Source: the human T2T-CHM13v2.0 reference genome, Homo sapiens. Taken from it: DNA of 64,000 nucleotides. Location: NCBI RefSeq assembly GCF_009914755.1, contig NC_060927.1; one strand, 5' to 3'. Each line of letters begins with the position of its first letter. The first letter of the stretch is position 1. Positions 27,239 through 45,110 of the stretch are shown here, one piece after another. A program made the translations under genes and the position numbers. Under the pieces are notes generated by a model, which ran no database searches, was not told where the DNA came from, and saw nothing but the letters and a program-made list of their open reading frames with translations.

Positions 27239-29364
27239 AAAACAGCCTGGAAGTTCCCACCTTGGGCTGCCTAGAACCATAGTATCATCTTCCCAGATCT
27301 TGCATATTCTTGGGGCAGGCTAGAGGTAATGAAAAGATGCCTCCAAGATGCCTCCCCAAACCTGCATCTCCACTTTTCACATCTCCTGACTTTTCTACAG
27401 TTAAGCATTTAGAGTGGGTAGGCATTTCTTTAGGAAGATTATGTGATTCTAATTGATTTTGGAGCATGTGATTACGACACAATAGAAAGGAAAGCAAAGC
27501 ACAGTGTTTTCTGTTCAAGCTGTCAGATGCATTCCAATTTCTGTAACAATGGTAATTAATCTTAGCCGGGTAGAAAATTCATTTTCTTTGAGGAATCAGT
27601 GAACTATAGAGAAATTTGTCAGTAACCATTGTTTGGGATTTTAGTTGCCATGCAGGAGGCACAATAATTTTACACTGACAGCTAATATACCGAGAAACCA
27701 ACCCAAAATGGAGAAAGTGATTTGGCATTATTGTGTATTTCTGGAAATATGTGATAATGGGGCTGAAATCAAATAAAGCAGTAAGAAGCCTGATATCAAA
27801 GCTTTACTTTCTTCTCCTCTATTTTGTCAGCACTAAAATGCAATATAAAAACAGAAATGTAAAGAGATGAGTGTGGTGTTCAAACTTTTTACAATTATCA
27901 AACATATTTAAGAGCAAGACCTTTGGGGTTTGAGGAAAACATTACTTGATGGAAGTGTCAGGAGTATGGCACATATTTCAGTTACTCTATAATTCACCTG
28001 TAAATTTTCTGTGGTTTAGTGTTCTGTTATCAGTATTTTTGTCTGCTCATAACTGAACTCAAATAGATTACTTTCACATTTGTGGGTGTGTGTCACTAGT
28101 TTTATGTTTACTAGTTTTATGATGCACTATTGTAGTTGAACTCTGGTACTGGTTTTAATTAGTCTATCAAAGCAACGGGGAATGTATGACAAGTCAAATC
28201 TGTATAAAATAAGGATATAACAGAATGTTTTATACTGTTTTTATATACACTGATGAAGCTATTCATCTATTTTGAAAAAGTTTCTCAGTTCTGATGGTAG
28301 ATTTGCACCATTCCATTCACACTTTGCTTCATGTCCCTGCAAAGGGGCAGAGATATTATTCCCCTTTGTGATATCATGGTCTAGCATATGTAAGCACATT
28401 TTGGGGTCATATCAGTCATTTTTGGGTGACAAGGGTATCAGTTTCCAGCAAGCTTCTTTGTGCTGGCAAAGAGAACATGAGGGATCCAGCCTTTCTTTCC
28501 CTACTGAGCCTTGCTTGTAAGTTTCCCCAGTATAAAGCCTTTGCCTCCCAATATTTCATGTGATGATTTGTAATTCTTTCTGAGCCCTGGAGCTTAACAG
28601 GGAGTTGATCACAAAGGGACTCACCCTGCATGACAATACATTTTCAAATGACTCATTAAGGGAAGAAAATTAATATTGCTACCAAGAAGGTGAGTGCAGC
28701 AATTTTTGTCTGTTTTATTTATTGCTCTATCTCGAGCACCTAGAACAGCACCTGACATAGTAGTTGAAGTTCAATAAATGTCTGTTCAAGAAGTGAAAAG
28801 AAATTAGTAACGGACAGAGACCAAGAGATTTAGATGACTTCTCATACCAGCAAAAAAAAAACGCTTAGTAGTTTCCTTTTCTTTAGATTCCCTGGCAGAA
28901 GACTACTGCCTTGAGAGAAAGGGTTACTTATCAATTCTGAAGATAAAGTGTGTTTTATGCTTTCCGTCATCTTCCATTTATCTAAATCCCTTCCTCTATT
29001 CCAACCTGTCTGTTAGGGTTCAGATCAAGTTCAACTCCAAAGCCAGCATGAGATCTTTTATAATTACCCTTCACTAATGATCTTCTTCTTATCCAAATAC
29101 TCGGGATCCCTTATGATTACTCTCTTATTAGAACACATGTGGCCAGATATGTCTGTGGAGTCATACAAAGCTTGATATGCCTGTCATGCAAATGGACAGA
29201 GATGTTCAGTAAAAAATTCTATATACGTAGTAGAATTCATGAGGGAGACCTGGGCTGGAGATACAAATGTGGAAGTCATTAATATATGGGTAGTTATGAA
29301 AGTCACAGAGCATGAGATTACTCAGGGAGAAAGTCTAGAATGAGACGAGTCAAGAGTAAAGTAA

Positions 29365-29525
29365 CACTTTTCAAAGCTGCTTGTGCACACAAATCACCTG
29401 AGTATCTTGTTAAAATGCAGATTTTGATCCAGAAGTTCTGGGGTGAGGCCCGGGATTCTGAATTTGCATCACGCTCCCAGATAGTGAAGCTGCTTTTGCT
29501 TATTTACAGTCCACACTTGGAAAAC
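29365..29525. mobile_element. MER5A DNA transposon
   Basis: aatcacctgagtatcttgttaaaatgcagatt...tggggtgaggcccgggattctgaattt. Confidence 0.75.
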
Positions 29526-30639
29526 CAAAGAGGTAGATGATTGAAACTTGAGTAACAACACCATTTAAATAATAGGCAAAAGGAAAAAAGCTACAAAGAG
29601 ATTGTTAAAAAGTGGCAGAGATGGAAGAAGTCAAGAGAGATATTGGTGTCACAGAGTCAATGGTGGGAAGATTTTCAAGACAGAGGATGTGCCCAACTCT
29701 GAGATGCTGCTGAGAAACAGGAAGTTAAAGATAGAACAGGCTCTGTTGGATTTTTCAGGAGAAAGTATCTGATTATTTAGTGCAGTTTTAATGGAGTAAG
29801 GAGGATAGATTGCTTCAGTGAAAAATGCAGAGAAGGCAAGCAGTAGCAATAAATGGATGTGGATAACTTTCAAGCAAGAGAAATTTGAGCATGTTTATAT
29901 ACTGAAGAGAAAGAGGAAGTAGAGAAGAAAAGGTTGAATATACAAGAGGTGGAGTAGTTGATGGAGCAATTTCGAAGAAAATGGGAGGTGACTGGAATGA
30001 GACTCAGACAATAAGCAAAAATGATGGGTCAAGAGTATCTATGTTTGAAGGTTGAATTAGGAAACAGAATTTTGGTGAAATGCAATTCTTACTTGAGGTT
30101 TCCATTTCTCTGGGAAGAAAGACTAGGGTTGCTCATGGAAAAATGATCTTTTAAAAAAGGTTGTATACAAAGGTAGTGGCTTAAGGAACATGATGAAGAT
30201 GTAAGTAGCTATTGAGGAAAACAGGAAAGGGTATTGATCAGGGACAGGATTTCTGACTAGTACTGAGTTTCCACTTGAGGTTTAAAGCCTCGAATTTGTG
30301 ATGGTACCAGTGCTCATGGTTATGTTATTTTCTCTGAGAGAGCTCAATAACCTGAGTGTAGGTGCTGAGTAGGAATTTATATTTGTGTTTTCACAGGGTA
30401 GGTAGGCATAATAGTCCACAAGAAGTGTCTGAGATTCTTGGCACACAGGCTTGGGTGCACCCATATTCACCTGTAATAATGGAACTTGCCATTTAAATCC
30501 CCAGGATGGAATTTTTACCCTGCTTATTGTACCAGTAAGTGGGGTTTTGGATGTAGGGGATCACTCTGGTTGCTAGCCCAAAAAGATATTAGGGAACTGC
30601 CATCAAAAATTACAAACCAAGATGTTTTATTTTCCAGAT

Positions 30640-30970
30640 TATTACTGTTCAATATGGCAGCCACTAGCTAGCCACATGTGGCTACTGATAATTTGAGCAT
30701 TTGAAATGTGGGTAGTCTGAATGGAGATGAGCTATAAGTTAGTATGAAATACATGTAGGCTTTCAAGACTTAGTACTAATACAAGTAAGTTAAGTATCTC
30801 ACTAATAACTTAAAAATAGTGATTACATGTTGAAATGGTAAGATTTGGGGTTTATTTAGATTAAATAAAATACATTGTAAATTTTTTTCACTTTATTTTA
30901 CTTTCTGAAATGTGGCTACTGGAGAATTTAAAATTACATATAAGGCTTATATGATATTTTGATATTGCTG
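30640..30970. mobile_element. MER33/MER3-like DNA transposon
   Basis: ctgttcaatatggcagccactagc...cacatgtggcta...aatgtggctactggagaatttaaaattacata. Confidence 0.7.
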
Positions 30971-31608
30971 TTACACATTCTTCTCTTCTTTGGGTCAATT
31001 ATTTTTTACTCTCAATTACTCTTTACTTCTCTTTGTTATGTTAATCATTGTTTCAATGGCATAATTAATCCAAATCTTTTCTTTCTACCCCAAGTCAGAT
31101 TATAGCTGAATTCACCATCTACTTTTTGTTTGCTACCATTTGGAGGAGGAGTTAAAGCAATTTGGAGCAGCAATCCAAGGAGCATCCTTGCATTAACTAG
31201 TGCATATTTGTCAGAAGTCATCTGAATTGGCAACCTGCCAGTTATGCAAAAGCTAAAAGCCTGACCCAAACAATGAAACTAGTTTTTTTCCTGTGTGCTG
31301 AGCTCATTCACTTAGAATGAAAATGGATTTCTCCTAACATTCATATAGTAAGCCAAAAGAAGGATTCTGACTGGCCCTGCTTAGGTCACATGCACATTCC
31401 TGAAGCAATCACTGGGGTCAGTAGTATGTGGCACTTGACTGACTCAGTTTGGGTCATCTGCCAACCCTGTGGCTAGTGGAAAGTTTGTTAACAAAAAGAA
31501 CAGAGGAAAGTGTGTATACAGAGCAGATGAAAATAGTGGTCACTGCAGGCTACTCTAACCAGCCTGAAGTCTTCAAGCCTGAGCCTCTTAGTTCAGGGGA
31601 AGATTGAG

Positions 31609-31643
<35 letters not shown>

Positions 31644-31647
31644 TCTC
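31609..31647. repeat. (CT)n microsatellite
   Basis: Interrupted CT run. Confidence 0.9.
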
Positions 31648-32468
31648 AACTCGTTTGGTTTGTATGTCTGAGTTCAAGTAGTTTGGGATCACCCACACAA
31701 ATATGTGCATCTGAGAGGAACAAATCATCCTGAATCGTAGACTAGACAACCGGAAAATAGGCCACTTATGCCTTTCCTGAATCATTTGCTGTACTTAACA
31801 GTTTATTCTATAGTATTTGCATGACTTCACTTGATAAAGGCCTATCTGTAAATGCTGAGTAATTATATTGCTACTGTAGGTGACTAAGCCATTACCCACA
31901 GTAAGTTAGTTACGGCAGGTTGGTGTACAACCTGTGATAGAAAAAGACCCTTCACAGTTATCCTGTAATTAGTACATATTTGCTATAACTATTCCAGAAA
32001 AATGTCTCCTGGCCATCTTTAAGGAGAATAAAATCTCTATTATTCAAAATAATGCTGAAATCATCAAAAACTTAATTCTTGGAGTTGGTCAAATGAGGTT
32101 CTGGGAGTTCACTTTGAAAGGAACATAATCTAGAGATATGTGAAATTTAATAATTGTTCATCAGGAGATTTTGCTTTTCATTTATGGTTTTGCTTTTATG
32201 GTATGCTTTTCTTTACTTGTTGATTCTGGGATTTGAGGAAATAATCCATTAACAGTGGTTGAAAACGTGAGAATATCTTTTGCTTTGATTTGTAGATAAA
32301 TTAATTTTCATAGCCATTTACTGTCCTCAATGTTTTTCCCATTCATTACACCAATGCTGTGAGGAAGGTCTTGATAGAGAGTGGAGAATCAGAGATAACA
32401 GCTACACATGACAGGATATTTGGTGAATGGTGACTAAACAATAAAGAATTTCACATAAAAAGAAGACT

Positions 32469-32625
32469 GGGCTAAGCACGGTGGCTCACGCCTGTAATCC
32501 CAGCATTTTGGGAGGCCGAGGCAGGCGGATCGCTTGAGCTCAGGAGTTTGGGACCCACTTGAACAGCATAGTGAGACCTCATCTCTACAAAAACTTAAAA
32601 ATTAGCTGGGTGTAATGGTGCATAG
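32469..32625 (+). mobile_element. Truncated Alu (left arm plus the start of the right arm)
   Basis: ggctaagcacggtggctcacgcctgtaatcccagca...aaattagctgggtgt. Confidence 0.85.
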
Positions 32626-34829
32626 TTTCAGAACAATAGAAGGATGATTTCCCCAGCTAAGCTGATTCAATAAAGTTCTGACTAAATCAGAGCCACCTGC
32701 TCAACTCACAGCCACTTGATCACAGAACTATGGGGCTAACCCACAGGCAGGTTAAGACTAAACACTTGTTTTTGTATGTCATTGAGGATTTGTGGTTGTT
32801 TGCTACACAGCATTAATGTGGAAATAGGCAACTGATACAGTGGAATTTAACCATTTTTTAAATTGGTACTTGTATTAATTTGTAGTTTTTAAAGCCTTGG
32901 TATATTTTTTCTGGATATTATTTGAGGTAACAAATGCAGTTGTGCTGAAGTGACAATACACATTAAAATTGGATAAAAGAACAAACAAACAAGCAAAAAC
33001 CTACTTACTAGTTTATTTCTTTTCTCCTCTCCCTCCCTTTCTTTCTTCTCTTCTTCCCTTCCCTTCTTTCCCTTCCCTTCCTCCTTCCCTACCTCCCTCT
33101 CTCCCTCTCTCCTCCTTGATAGTTTCTAAACCTGATTTCTAACTTTGCTTTTTGCATTTATCTTGGCTTTAAATACATATACGAAAATATTTTCAATAGT
33201 GAAAAAGAAGGCAAGTAATTATCCATTTACAGAAAGAAAATGGAAAAGTTAAATTACTAAAACCAAGGGCAAATTACCAAATTAGTGGACCAAATTTATT
33301 TGTAAAGTTAACTTGAAAGATGTTAATTTTCTTGCATTTTTTATCAGCTTCTTCAATCTTTCAAATGCTGTGTGATTTAAGTTTCTGACCACGATGAGCA
33401 TTATTCTCAATACATTTAGGGTCATGGCTCTGGATTTTATTTTTAATAATTGCTAAAACTCTTATTTGCCAATACCAAGGTTCTTTATTGGTCTGGCCTC
33501 ACTTTTCTAGCTCTGCAACTATTGGTCCATATTAATATTTCTGCTGAATGTATTCTATGAATAGAAGTTTTCGTCCATTCTCACTTTAGACTTTAAAATG
33601 AGATAGTTCCTATAAGTTAAGCAGGATTGAATTTCATTGCATATTCAATCTAATTATCTTAGAAATCCAGAGATAATCCTCAAACCTCATTTAAATGATT
33701 AGTATCCCTGTTTCCTATAACAAGCCTTCCACTCAGAATTGTAATAAAGGAATAAGATGGACATTTTAAGGTTTTGCCTCCTTTCTCCTCGAAGTCATCA
33801 CTTTTTTACTCTTTGAATTTATCAGTCCTACTTCCTGACTTCTTTACCTTCCCTATCCAGTCTGACTCTCATGATCCACCCTTCAGCCATATTTCTCACA
33901 TCACTAACTTCCTTCATCTGTTTATCCTTCTACTGCACCTACCATGACAGCCCTGAACCCAGAGTAACCCAGCTCTTCATAGGAGGATCTCATTGAAGGG
34001 CACATCTACCAGTCTCTTCAGGCCCTGGCTTTACTCTTACACCCAGCACTATTGACAGATGACTGGTTTTGGAGAGAAAAACAGCAATCATCAGAGCAGA
34101 TATCCCTCAACATTTTTTGTTTCTAATCTTCATGGCTCTAGACTTTCTTCCTCTCATCCAGCTTCTATAATGCATTGGTTATTTTTCTAAACATGATCAC
34201 ACTGATTAAAAATACTCAGTGGAACTCTTCTGCCTATAAATTCTAAGCATGGCATCCAAGGCTTTCGCAATCTAGTGGCCGCCTATTGTGTAGCTTTATT
34301 TTCTGCCTCTCAGCCAAGAGGTACTGAAAGGTAATTGGAAACTAGAAGTAACTGAAGGGGCAATCAGAGTAGAGCTGGCTGTCAGTAAAGGTCAGGTGAA
34401 TGTGACGGTTTGTAAGATCCCAGGCAGGTGCCATGTTCTAGGGGGCTCCACTCTGGAGGAATAAAGAAACAGTTTGAAAGTGTAGGGAAGTATCTTGGGC
34501 TTGGCTTCCCTTAAAGCAGAGCTTGAGATATAAACTTGTGTGAAATCTGTTTATTTGGAAATATAATCCCAGGAAGCAGGGGTGGAGGATGGAGGAATGC
34601 AACAGGGAAGGAGGAAAGCCAGTACAAGGAGTCATTATTGGGTTGGCCCAGTGCTGTAAGTGTCTAGTTTTGGATCCAGCAGTACCTTGTGAGGAGTCTT
34701 ATAAAATAAACTGTTTGCTTGGGAAATGCCAGAAAAGAGACTTTACTCATTGGCTTCTGTGCCCCATGGTCAAGGATGGCCTCACTAATGTTGACCCCTC
34801 TGTATACCTGGGCTAAGAATGCATGAATT

Positions 34830-37107
<2,278 letters not shown>

Positions 37108-37593
37108 AATGTGTGAATTCCAGGTGATTTGGAAGACATCTTGGGCTAGCTTCAAAGGAATCTCTTGGCAGAAAGCAAGAGGTATGCAGTCTAGCTTAAG
37201 GCAAGATATAATCCATTTGCTCTGGCACAAGAAAGATCAAAGACTGCATAAAACTGAAGCAATGGCTAGAGTAAGAGATGGAGCCAAGAACATTTTGAAA
37301 TGTGTACAAGATGGATCTGATTCAGGAGGCGACATACTAAGCCAGAGTCATTGAGGAAAATACACCTGAGACAATGAGAAGTCAAGCAGGACACAGCTAA
37401 GGCCTCTTCTCGAAACCTTGCTATGGCTCCCTGTTTCTCTCATCTTAATAACCAAAGTGTTTCCTTCCCTGACCTTATCTCATTTCCTGCTCTGTACCAA
37501 CACACACATTGCCACCACACTGTGGCTTCTGCCTTAGGAAATTTGCACAGGCTCTTCCTGGAGCAGGCAGGCTCTGCCTGGAGCAATCCTTAT

Positions 37594-37891
37594 CTTTTTT
37601 TTTTTTTTTTTGGGAAGGAGACTTGCTCTGTCACCCAGGCTGGAGTGCAATGGTGCAGTCTTGGCTCACTGCAACCTCCGCCTCCTGGGTTCAAGAGATT
37701 CTCCTGCCTTAGCCCCCTGAGTAGCTGAGATTACAGGCATGCACCACCACACCTGGCTAATTTTGTATTTTTAGTAGAGAGGGGGTTTCACCATGTTGGC
37801 CAGGCTGGTCTTGAACTCCTGGTCTCAGGTGATCTGCCCACCTTGCCTCCTAAAGTGTTGGGATTACAGGTGTGAACCACTGTGCCTGGCC
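37594..37891 (-). mobile_element. AluS element
   Basis: Dimeric Alu; TSD tggagcaa.cctta. Confidence 0.95.
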
Positions 37892-38729
37892 TGGAGCAAC
37901 CTTATTTAATGATGAGTGTTACAGCCCTAGAGGTCTAACTCTTCTTTCTTTAGTGTCTTTGTTCCATGCCATTCTCTCAGAGGCTTACCTGATGACTTCA
38001 TTAAAAATGCCACCCTGTTAGACTCCTAATGCTCCTCAGCTTTTCTTTCTCCCACAGCACTCCACCACCTTCCAACGGACTATAAAATCTATTTCCTTAT
38101 TAAGTTTATTATTTATTTTTCTCTCACCCTTTGCAGAAGGCAAGATCCAGAAGAGCTGGCATTTTTGACTAGTTTGTGGTGAATGTATCCCAAGTACCTG
38201 CAACAGTGACTGGCTTATAGTGGGTGCTAAAAATTGTTTGATTTTTCAACAAGAAAATGCAACAGCAATGCTATTATGGAAGCACTGAAGTGAACTCTGC
38301 TTTTAGGGAAGGGCTCACAGTTATTCCCTTTTGTGCTTTTTAGGGCCCATACTGTCTGCAATCCAGTTAGTAGGAATACCAGCTGCCTGCTTCTAATTGG
38401 AGCAGGTTCGGAGATGGGGTAGCATTATAACCATGACATTTTTTATATTGAAATTCAAGACTGAGCAGTGGTGAAGACCAAGTGGTTTGTCATCCCAACA
38501 TATTTACATATGATGAACCACAGCTGAGAGACTTTGAAATGAAGGCAAAATTTGTTCCAGAAAGGAAACTAACCATGATATGATTAGTATATATTTATTT
38601 AATATATAAATATATTATGATATCTTATATTTATATAATATTTTAACTTACTGTATATCATCTAAGCAGTAGAACAATTACTTGTGGTAGGTAGAGATTA
38701 AGATTTCCACTTTAGAAAGAAATGTTTAT

Positions 38730-39290
38730 TGATATATTTGCAGTTTTGAAAAACAAACTGAGCTAAATTCAGGTAACATAAAAAAAACATTTAAAGCTTA
38801 CAATTCAGTGGCATGTAGTACACGCATAAACATTTACAACTATAGCTTTTGTCTAGTTCCCAAAGATTTTTACCACTTCAAAGGGAAACCCTATACTCAT
38901 TAAGCAGTCACTCTCCATTACGCTTGTCCCAAAGCCCCTGGAAACCACTAATCTGCTCTATGTCTTTATGGATTTACCTATTCCTGATGTCATATACATG
39001 AAATCATATGATAGGCAAATTTTTGTGTGTGGTCTCTCATTCAGCATACTGTTTCCAAGGTTCATCCAGGTTGTAGCATGTATCAGTATTTCATTCCTAC
39101 TTATGATCGAATAATTTTCTATTGTGTGATCTACCACATTTTCTTTATCCATTCATCATTTGATAGACATTTGGATTGTTTCTACTTTTTGGCTATTATG
39201 AGTAGTGCTACTATGACCATTTGCATACAGGTTTTTGTTTGAACGCCTCTTTCAATTCTTTTGAGTATATATCTAGGAGTGGAATGTATA
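38730..39290 (-). mobile_element. L1MB-like 3' fragment
   Basis: ccactaatctgct...atggatttacctattc...ttcatccaggttgtagcatgtatcagta. Confidence 0.75.
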
Positions 39291-39914
39291 TTTATGTTTA
39301 CTCACTTTATTCTGGAAGCATATTTCCTGTAAGATACAAATATTTATTGAGGTGGTATTACATATATTAGGTAAATTGGATATTAAATAACATTAAGAAA
39401 AGTAAAAATATGGATAAGAAAAGAATATTGAGATGAAAAAGTGAAAATTTCAAATGAAAATATGTAAGCCACACATTCCACATGCTTGCTGCAATTAGAT
39501 TAAGAATTTGATTTGTAGGCATCTGGTAGATGCTGAAGGCTTTTCTAAGTAAGAAACAAAACCCAGAAGTAAAATGCTTCTGCCAGACATGAAACCTAAA
39601 AGACAGGTTTGACTGCATAAAAATGAAGAGTTTCTGTACACTAAAAGGAAAAAAAGCCAGAAGATAACTAAGAAACTGGAAGGAACTAGTTGCAATATTG
39701 GTAACAAAAGGTCAACACAATATGTAAATGGTACTGATAAATCGCTTAAAAATACAATGGAATATATTACATCAAAGTGCAAGTAGATTTTTTTTTTAAT
39801 AAAAAAAGGCTTTTTTGGGGGGAGGAATCTAATAGATTGGAAAAAATGTAAAAGGATAGATAACATTTAGTCTTGCTAGGGGTGTAGGGAACAGGTCAAT
39901 GTAAATCAATGTCA

Positions 39915-40300
39915 TTAAAAGAAAATGTGGTACGTAGACACCATGAAATACTATGCAGCCATAAAAAAGAACGAGATCATGTCTTCTGCGGGAACATGGA
40001 GGGAGCTGGGAGCTATTATCCTTAGCAAACTAACACAGGAACAGAAAACCAAATACCACATGTTCTCACTTATAAGTGGGAGCTAAATAATGAGAATTCA
40101 TGAACACAAAGAAAGAAACAAAAGATACTGGGGTCTACTTGAGGGTGGAGGGTGGGAGGAGGAAGAGGAGCAGAAAATATAAATATTGGGTACTGGGCTT
40201 AATATCTGGGTGATGAAATAATCTGTACAACAAACCCTTATGACATGAATTTATCTATATAACTCATACTCCCAAATCTAAAATAAAAATTTTTTTAAAA
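39915..40300 (+). mobile_element. L1PB-like 3' end
   Basis: aatactatgcagccataaaaaagaacgagatcatgtc...ctcacttataagtgggagcta. Confidence 0.85.
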
Positions 40301-40330
40301 GAGCGTATATTGGTAAACCTTTCTTGGGAT

Positions 40331-40741
40331 TGCTATGGTTTGAATGTTTGGCTCCTCCAAAGTTCATGTCAAAACTGAACCCCCAGTGTAACAGTATTAG
40401 GAAGCGGGGCCTGTAAGAGGTGACTGGGTCTGAGGTCTCTGTTCTAATGAATGAATTAATACATTCATGGATTAATGGATTAACAGGTTATCACAGGAAT
40501 GGGTTAGTTATAAGAATGAGCCTGTTATAAAAGTTAGTTTGGCTCTCAGTGTACCCGTCATGCCCTGTGATGCCTTCTGCCATGTTATAACACAGCATGA
40601 GGCCCTCACCAGACGCTGATAAGATGTGGCTCCTGATCGTAGACTTCCCAGCCTCCAGAATTGTAAGAAATAAAACTCTTTTCTTTATAAGTTACCTAGC
40701 CTTAGGTAGTATACTATAGTGACAGAAAATGGATGAAGACA
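40331..40741. mobile_element. MaLR LTR (MST/MLT1A-like)
   Basis: tgctatggtttgaatgt...gacttcccagcctccagaattgtaagaaataaa...gaaaatggatgaagaca. Confidence 0.8.
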
Positions 40742-43700
40742 TAGGGAAACTGATAGCATGGTATTAGTGGAAGAATAGACATATAAGATTGGCATAGATC
40801 AATGGAATAGACTAAGGAACCCAGAAATAGACCCACATAGATCTTTGACAAAGGAGCAAAGGCAATTCAATAGGGGAAGATTAACCTTTTCAACAAATGG
40901 TACTGGAACCATTGTAAAATTTATATGCAAAAAAATGAACCTAAACACAGACCTTACACCTTTGACACATATTAACCAATTGTAGTGTTAACACTAGGGG
41001 GGAAAAGTCCTGAAAACACTAGGGATAAAAAAAAAATCCAAAAACCTAACAGTGATAAATCATAGACTATCTACAAAAGAAAGAAAAACAGAATGATATC
41101 AGACTTCTCATCAGCAACACTTGATGCATAAAACAAATACGGAATACAGTCAGAATCAATGGGAAAGTTCTCTGGACAGAAAGAAAATGATACCAATAGA
41201 ACTTGTATATATGGCATCGAGCTATGAGAAGTATTGCATTGTTTAGCTTTGAAGTCTATACTTGAACCCAGAGAGAAAACTAGAATTTAACCTAAGTCTG
41301 GGGATGGGTATACAGTAACATTTTAAGAAAGAGAAATGAAACCAGGGCATGCTCTGGGCAAAATGACTAGTGCATTCAGTCCTGGCTAAGCTTAATTAAG
41401 TAATGTGAGTTTGGATACCTATAATTTTCTCAGCTGCATATTTATTCTCTTTACACCAATTGTGGCAGAGCAGTTATCAAACATACTCATTGAATCTCTG
41501 TGACATACTTTACTTTCTATAGAGCCTCTGGCAGCTGTCAGAGTTTACGTTACAGAAAGCCCCCCGGTCAGTGTGATAGTTCAGAGCATGACAGCTCCTT
41601 CTGCCGTAAGACATGATTTGAATAGAAAGCTTTTGCTCAGAAACAATGTAGTTTAGCCTAGTCAGTTAATCAAAAAGCATAATGCTAGGAGAGGCAATTT
41701 CATCATGTGGAAAACTTTTGATGCATTATCTCATCTACTCGCCAAATGCAGTCTTCCAGTGAAAATCACCCCATATACTACCAGATGGAATTTTATGCAA
41801 GCACATGTAGAAGTGTGCCAGGATAGTAAAAGGAGAAATTTCAAAGCACAGCTGCCAGCTCTGCCTAACATAGGACTGGAAGAACCAAATTTATAAGCGG
41901 GTGCTTGCCAGACAGCAGACCTCTCAGTTAAGCCAATTATGTAAATGGGCCTTGAAGAATGATTTGTACCAGGAACAGTTTCAGATGAAAGCCCTGCTCT
42001 TGTAAAGCCTTATCCTGGGTCTAGACTGTTTTAATATTTTTGCTTTCTCTCCAGTTTTGATTTGATTTGATTTTCCTGACTTGTGGAGAAGCTTTCCCTC
42101 ATCAAGCAACTGTGGGCATGCAGAGTAAGACCTTTGTTAAATGGATAACTTTCAGGAGGACACAGAATCAGCAGAAACAATGGAATTTTCATTACTGTGG
42201 CATATTTTTAAGGTTAAAAAGGTAAGAATTCTCAAGAATTGATTAAATAAATTTTAAAGCAAAGAATCATCATGAACAGTGTTTTGTTTTCTGGTTTACT
42301 TGAAGCCAAAACAAATCCCAGGATACGATGATCATGAAACATTCCATTGAGACTGTAAACAAATTCCCTGTTTTTGTGTCTAGAAGTTATCTTGGCACCC
42401 CAGTCATTGAAATAGACTGATCTTTATGATAGAAGAGAAATACAAATTCTAGAGAAGAGTTGGGACTAAAGAAGAAAAAAAAATGTGTGCTTAACTTCAG
42501 GAGCTCCATCTTCAGGAATGAAAGGGGAAGGCGAGCAGAAAGCTGTACAAATTTTCAGACTGTGCTTGGTGCATTGTTCTTCTCAAGTCTCTCAACGGTT
42601 CAGAGGAGGCTTCCCGTTTGCCCAGGCAGCTGCCCTTACCACAGTGTCAATCAAATCAGCTCAGCTGTAGCTCCTGTCCAAAGTTTCATTTGGAGAAAGA
42701 GCTGCTTGCCTAAAAAAAATGAGGGAGCATCACTGCCTAGACTGAGAACGACTTTAGGAACCTTAGTTCGGGGGCCACATGGTTGCTCGATTTTGTAAAA
42801 AACATTTGTTTCCAAATATGTGTAATTTTATGATTCCCTTTTCTCTTTTCCCAGGTGTTTAGCAATAAAATTCCACTGAACTACAGTTGTATTTAACTGC
42901 TCTTCTCCAGGAATACCAAAGGAAACATAAAAAATAGAATGGGTAGGTACAGCTATCAAACTACTAGAAACAATAACATAATTTATTAAGGTGCCCAATT
43001 ATAAGTTAATATACAAAATCAGAAGATTTCTTACATGAAGAGTAAGAGGTTTTATATAAGCTATACAGAAATTTATGTAGGGAATTTAATGGAAGAAAAT
43101 CTTCCATTCATATTGGCATCACAAAATAAAATATCCAGAAACAAACTTGACCAAAAATGTAAAGGGCCTTTTGGAAGAAAACTGTAAACTCCACTGTGGG
43201 GCCATTAAAGAAGTCTTGAATACATAGATTAAATCCCTTGGTTTGAGATAATAAAACTCTCAATATTTACCATGCTTTTGTCATTTAAATACAAATTGTG
43301 GACATTTTTACCAGGGCAACAGATGAGTTACAACCATCCTTTTATCAGTTGCACAGAATCTTATTGAATGGGTATATCCTACTTATGTCAGTTCTTAGTA
43401 GTGAATATTAGGTTGTTTCTAATTTTTCCATATTAGAAACAATGTTAAAAGAACTTGCTCTTATTTGTGTTTCTTATGTCCACACTAGTATTCAATACCT
43501 TTCTAGGAGTGGAAATTCCTGGCTCAAACAAACTGCCTTCCAAGAAGATTTACTAATATACATTCCTACTAATGCTGTTTTAGAATGCCTTTTTCTCCAT
43601 ATTCCTATGAACACTGAGTGTTCTCTTTTTAACACTTTTTTTCCTCAATCTACTAGACTCCTTCTAAAATATATACTTTTCAAAACGCCTGCTTACCCTT

Positions 43701-43746
43701 CAATATATTGTCTTTTAAAAGATTATTTGTAGGTACTGTTTATGTG

Positions 43747-43809
43747 TTAGGTTGGTGGAAAATTAATTGTGATTTTGCAAAAACTGCAATTACTTTTGCA
43801 CCAACCTAA
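43747..43809. mobile_element. MADE1 (Hsmar1-derived MITE), internally shortened
   Basis: TIRs ttaggttggtg.aaaa.taattg ... caattacttttgcaccaacctaa, followed by TA. Confidence 0.85.
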
Positions 43810-43873
43810 TATTATACATGTAGACCTTGTGTTACCCATATTGCAGATATTTCCTTCGAGTTTTCTTGTTATC

Positions 43874-45110
<1,237 letters not shown>

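Noticed and set aside
27480-28700. Apparently non-repetitive stretches (also ~21850-22250 and ~41400-42900) as candidate lncRNA exons or enhancers
   Set aside because: No sequence-only evidence; conservation or expression data would be needed
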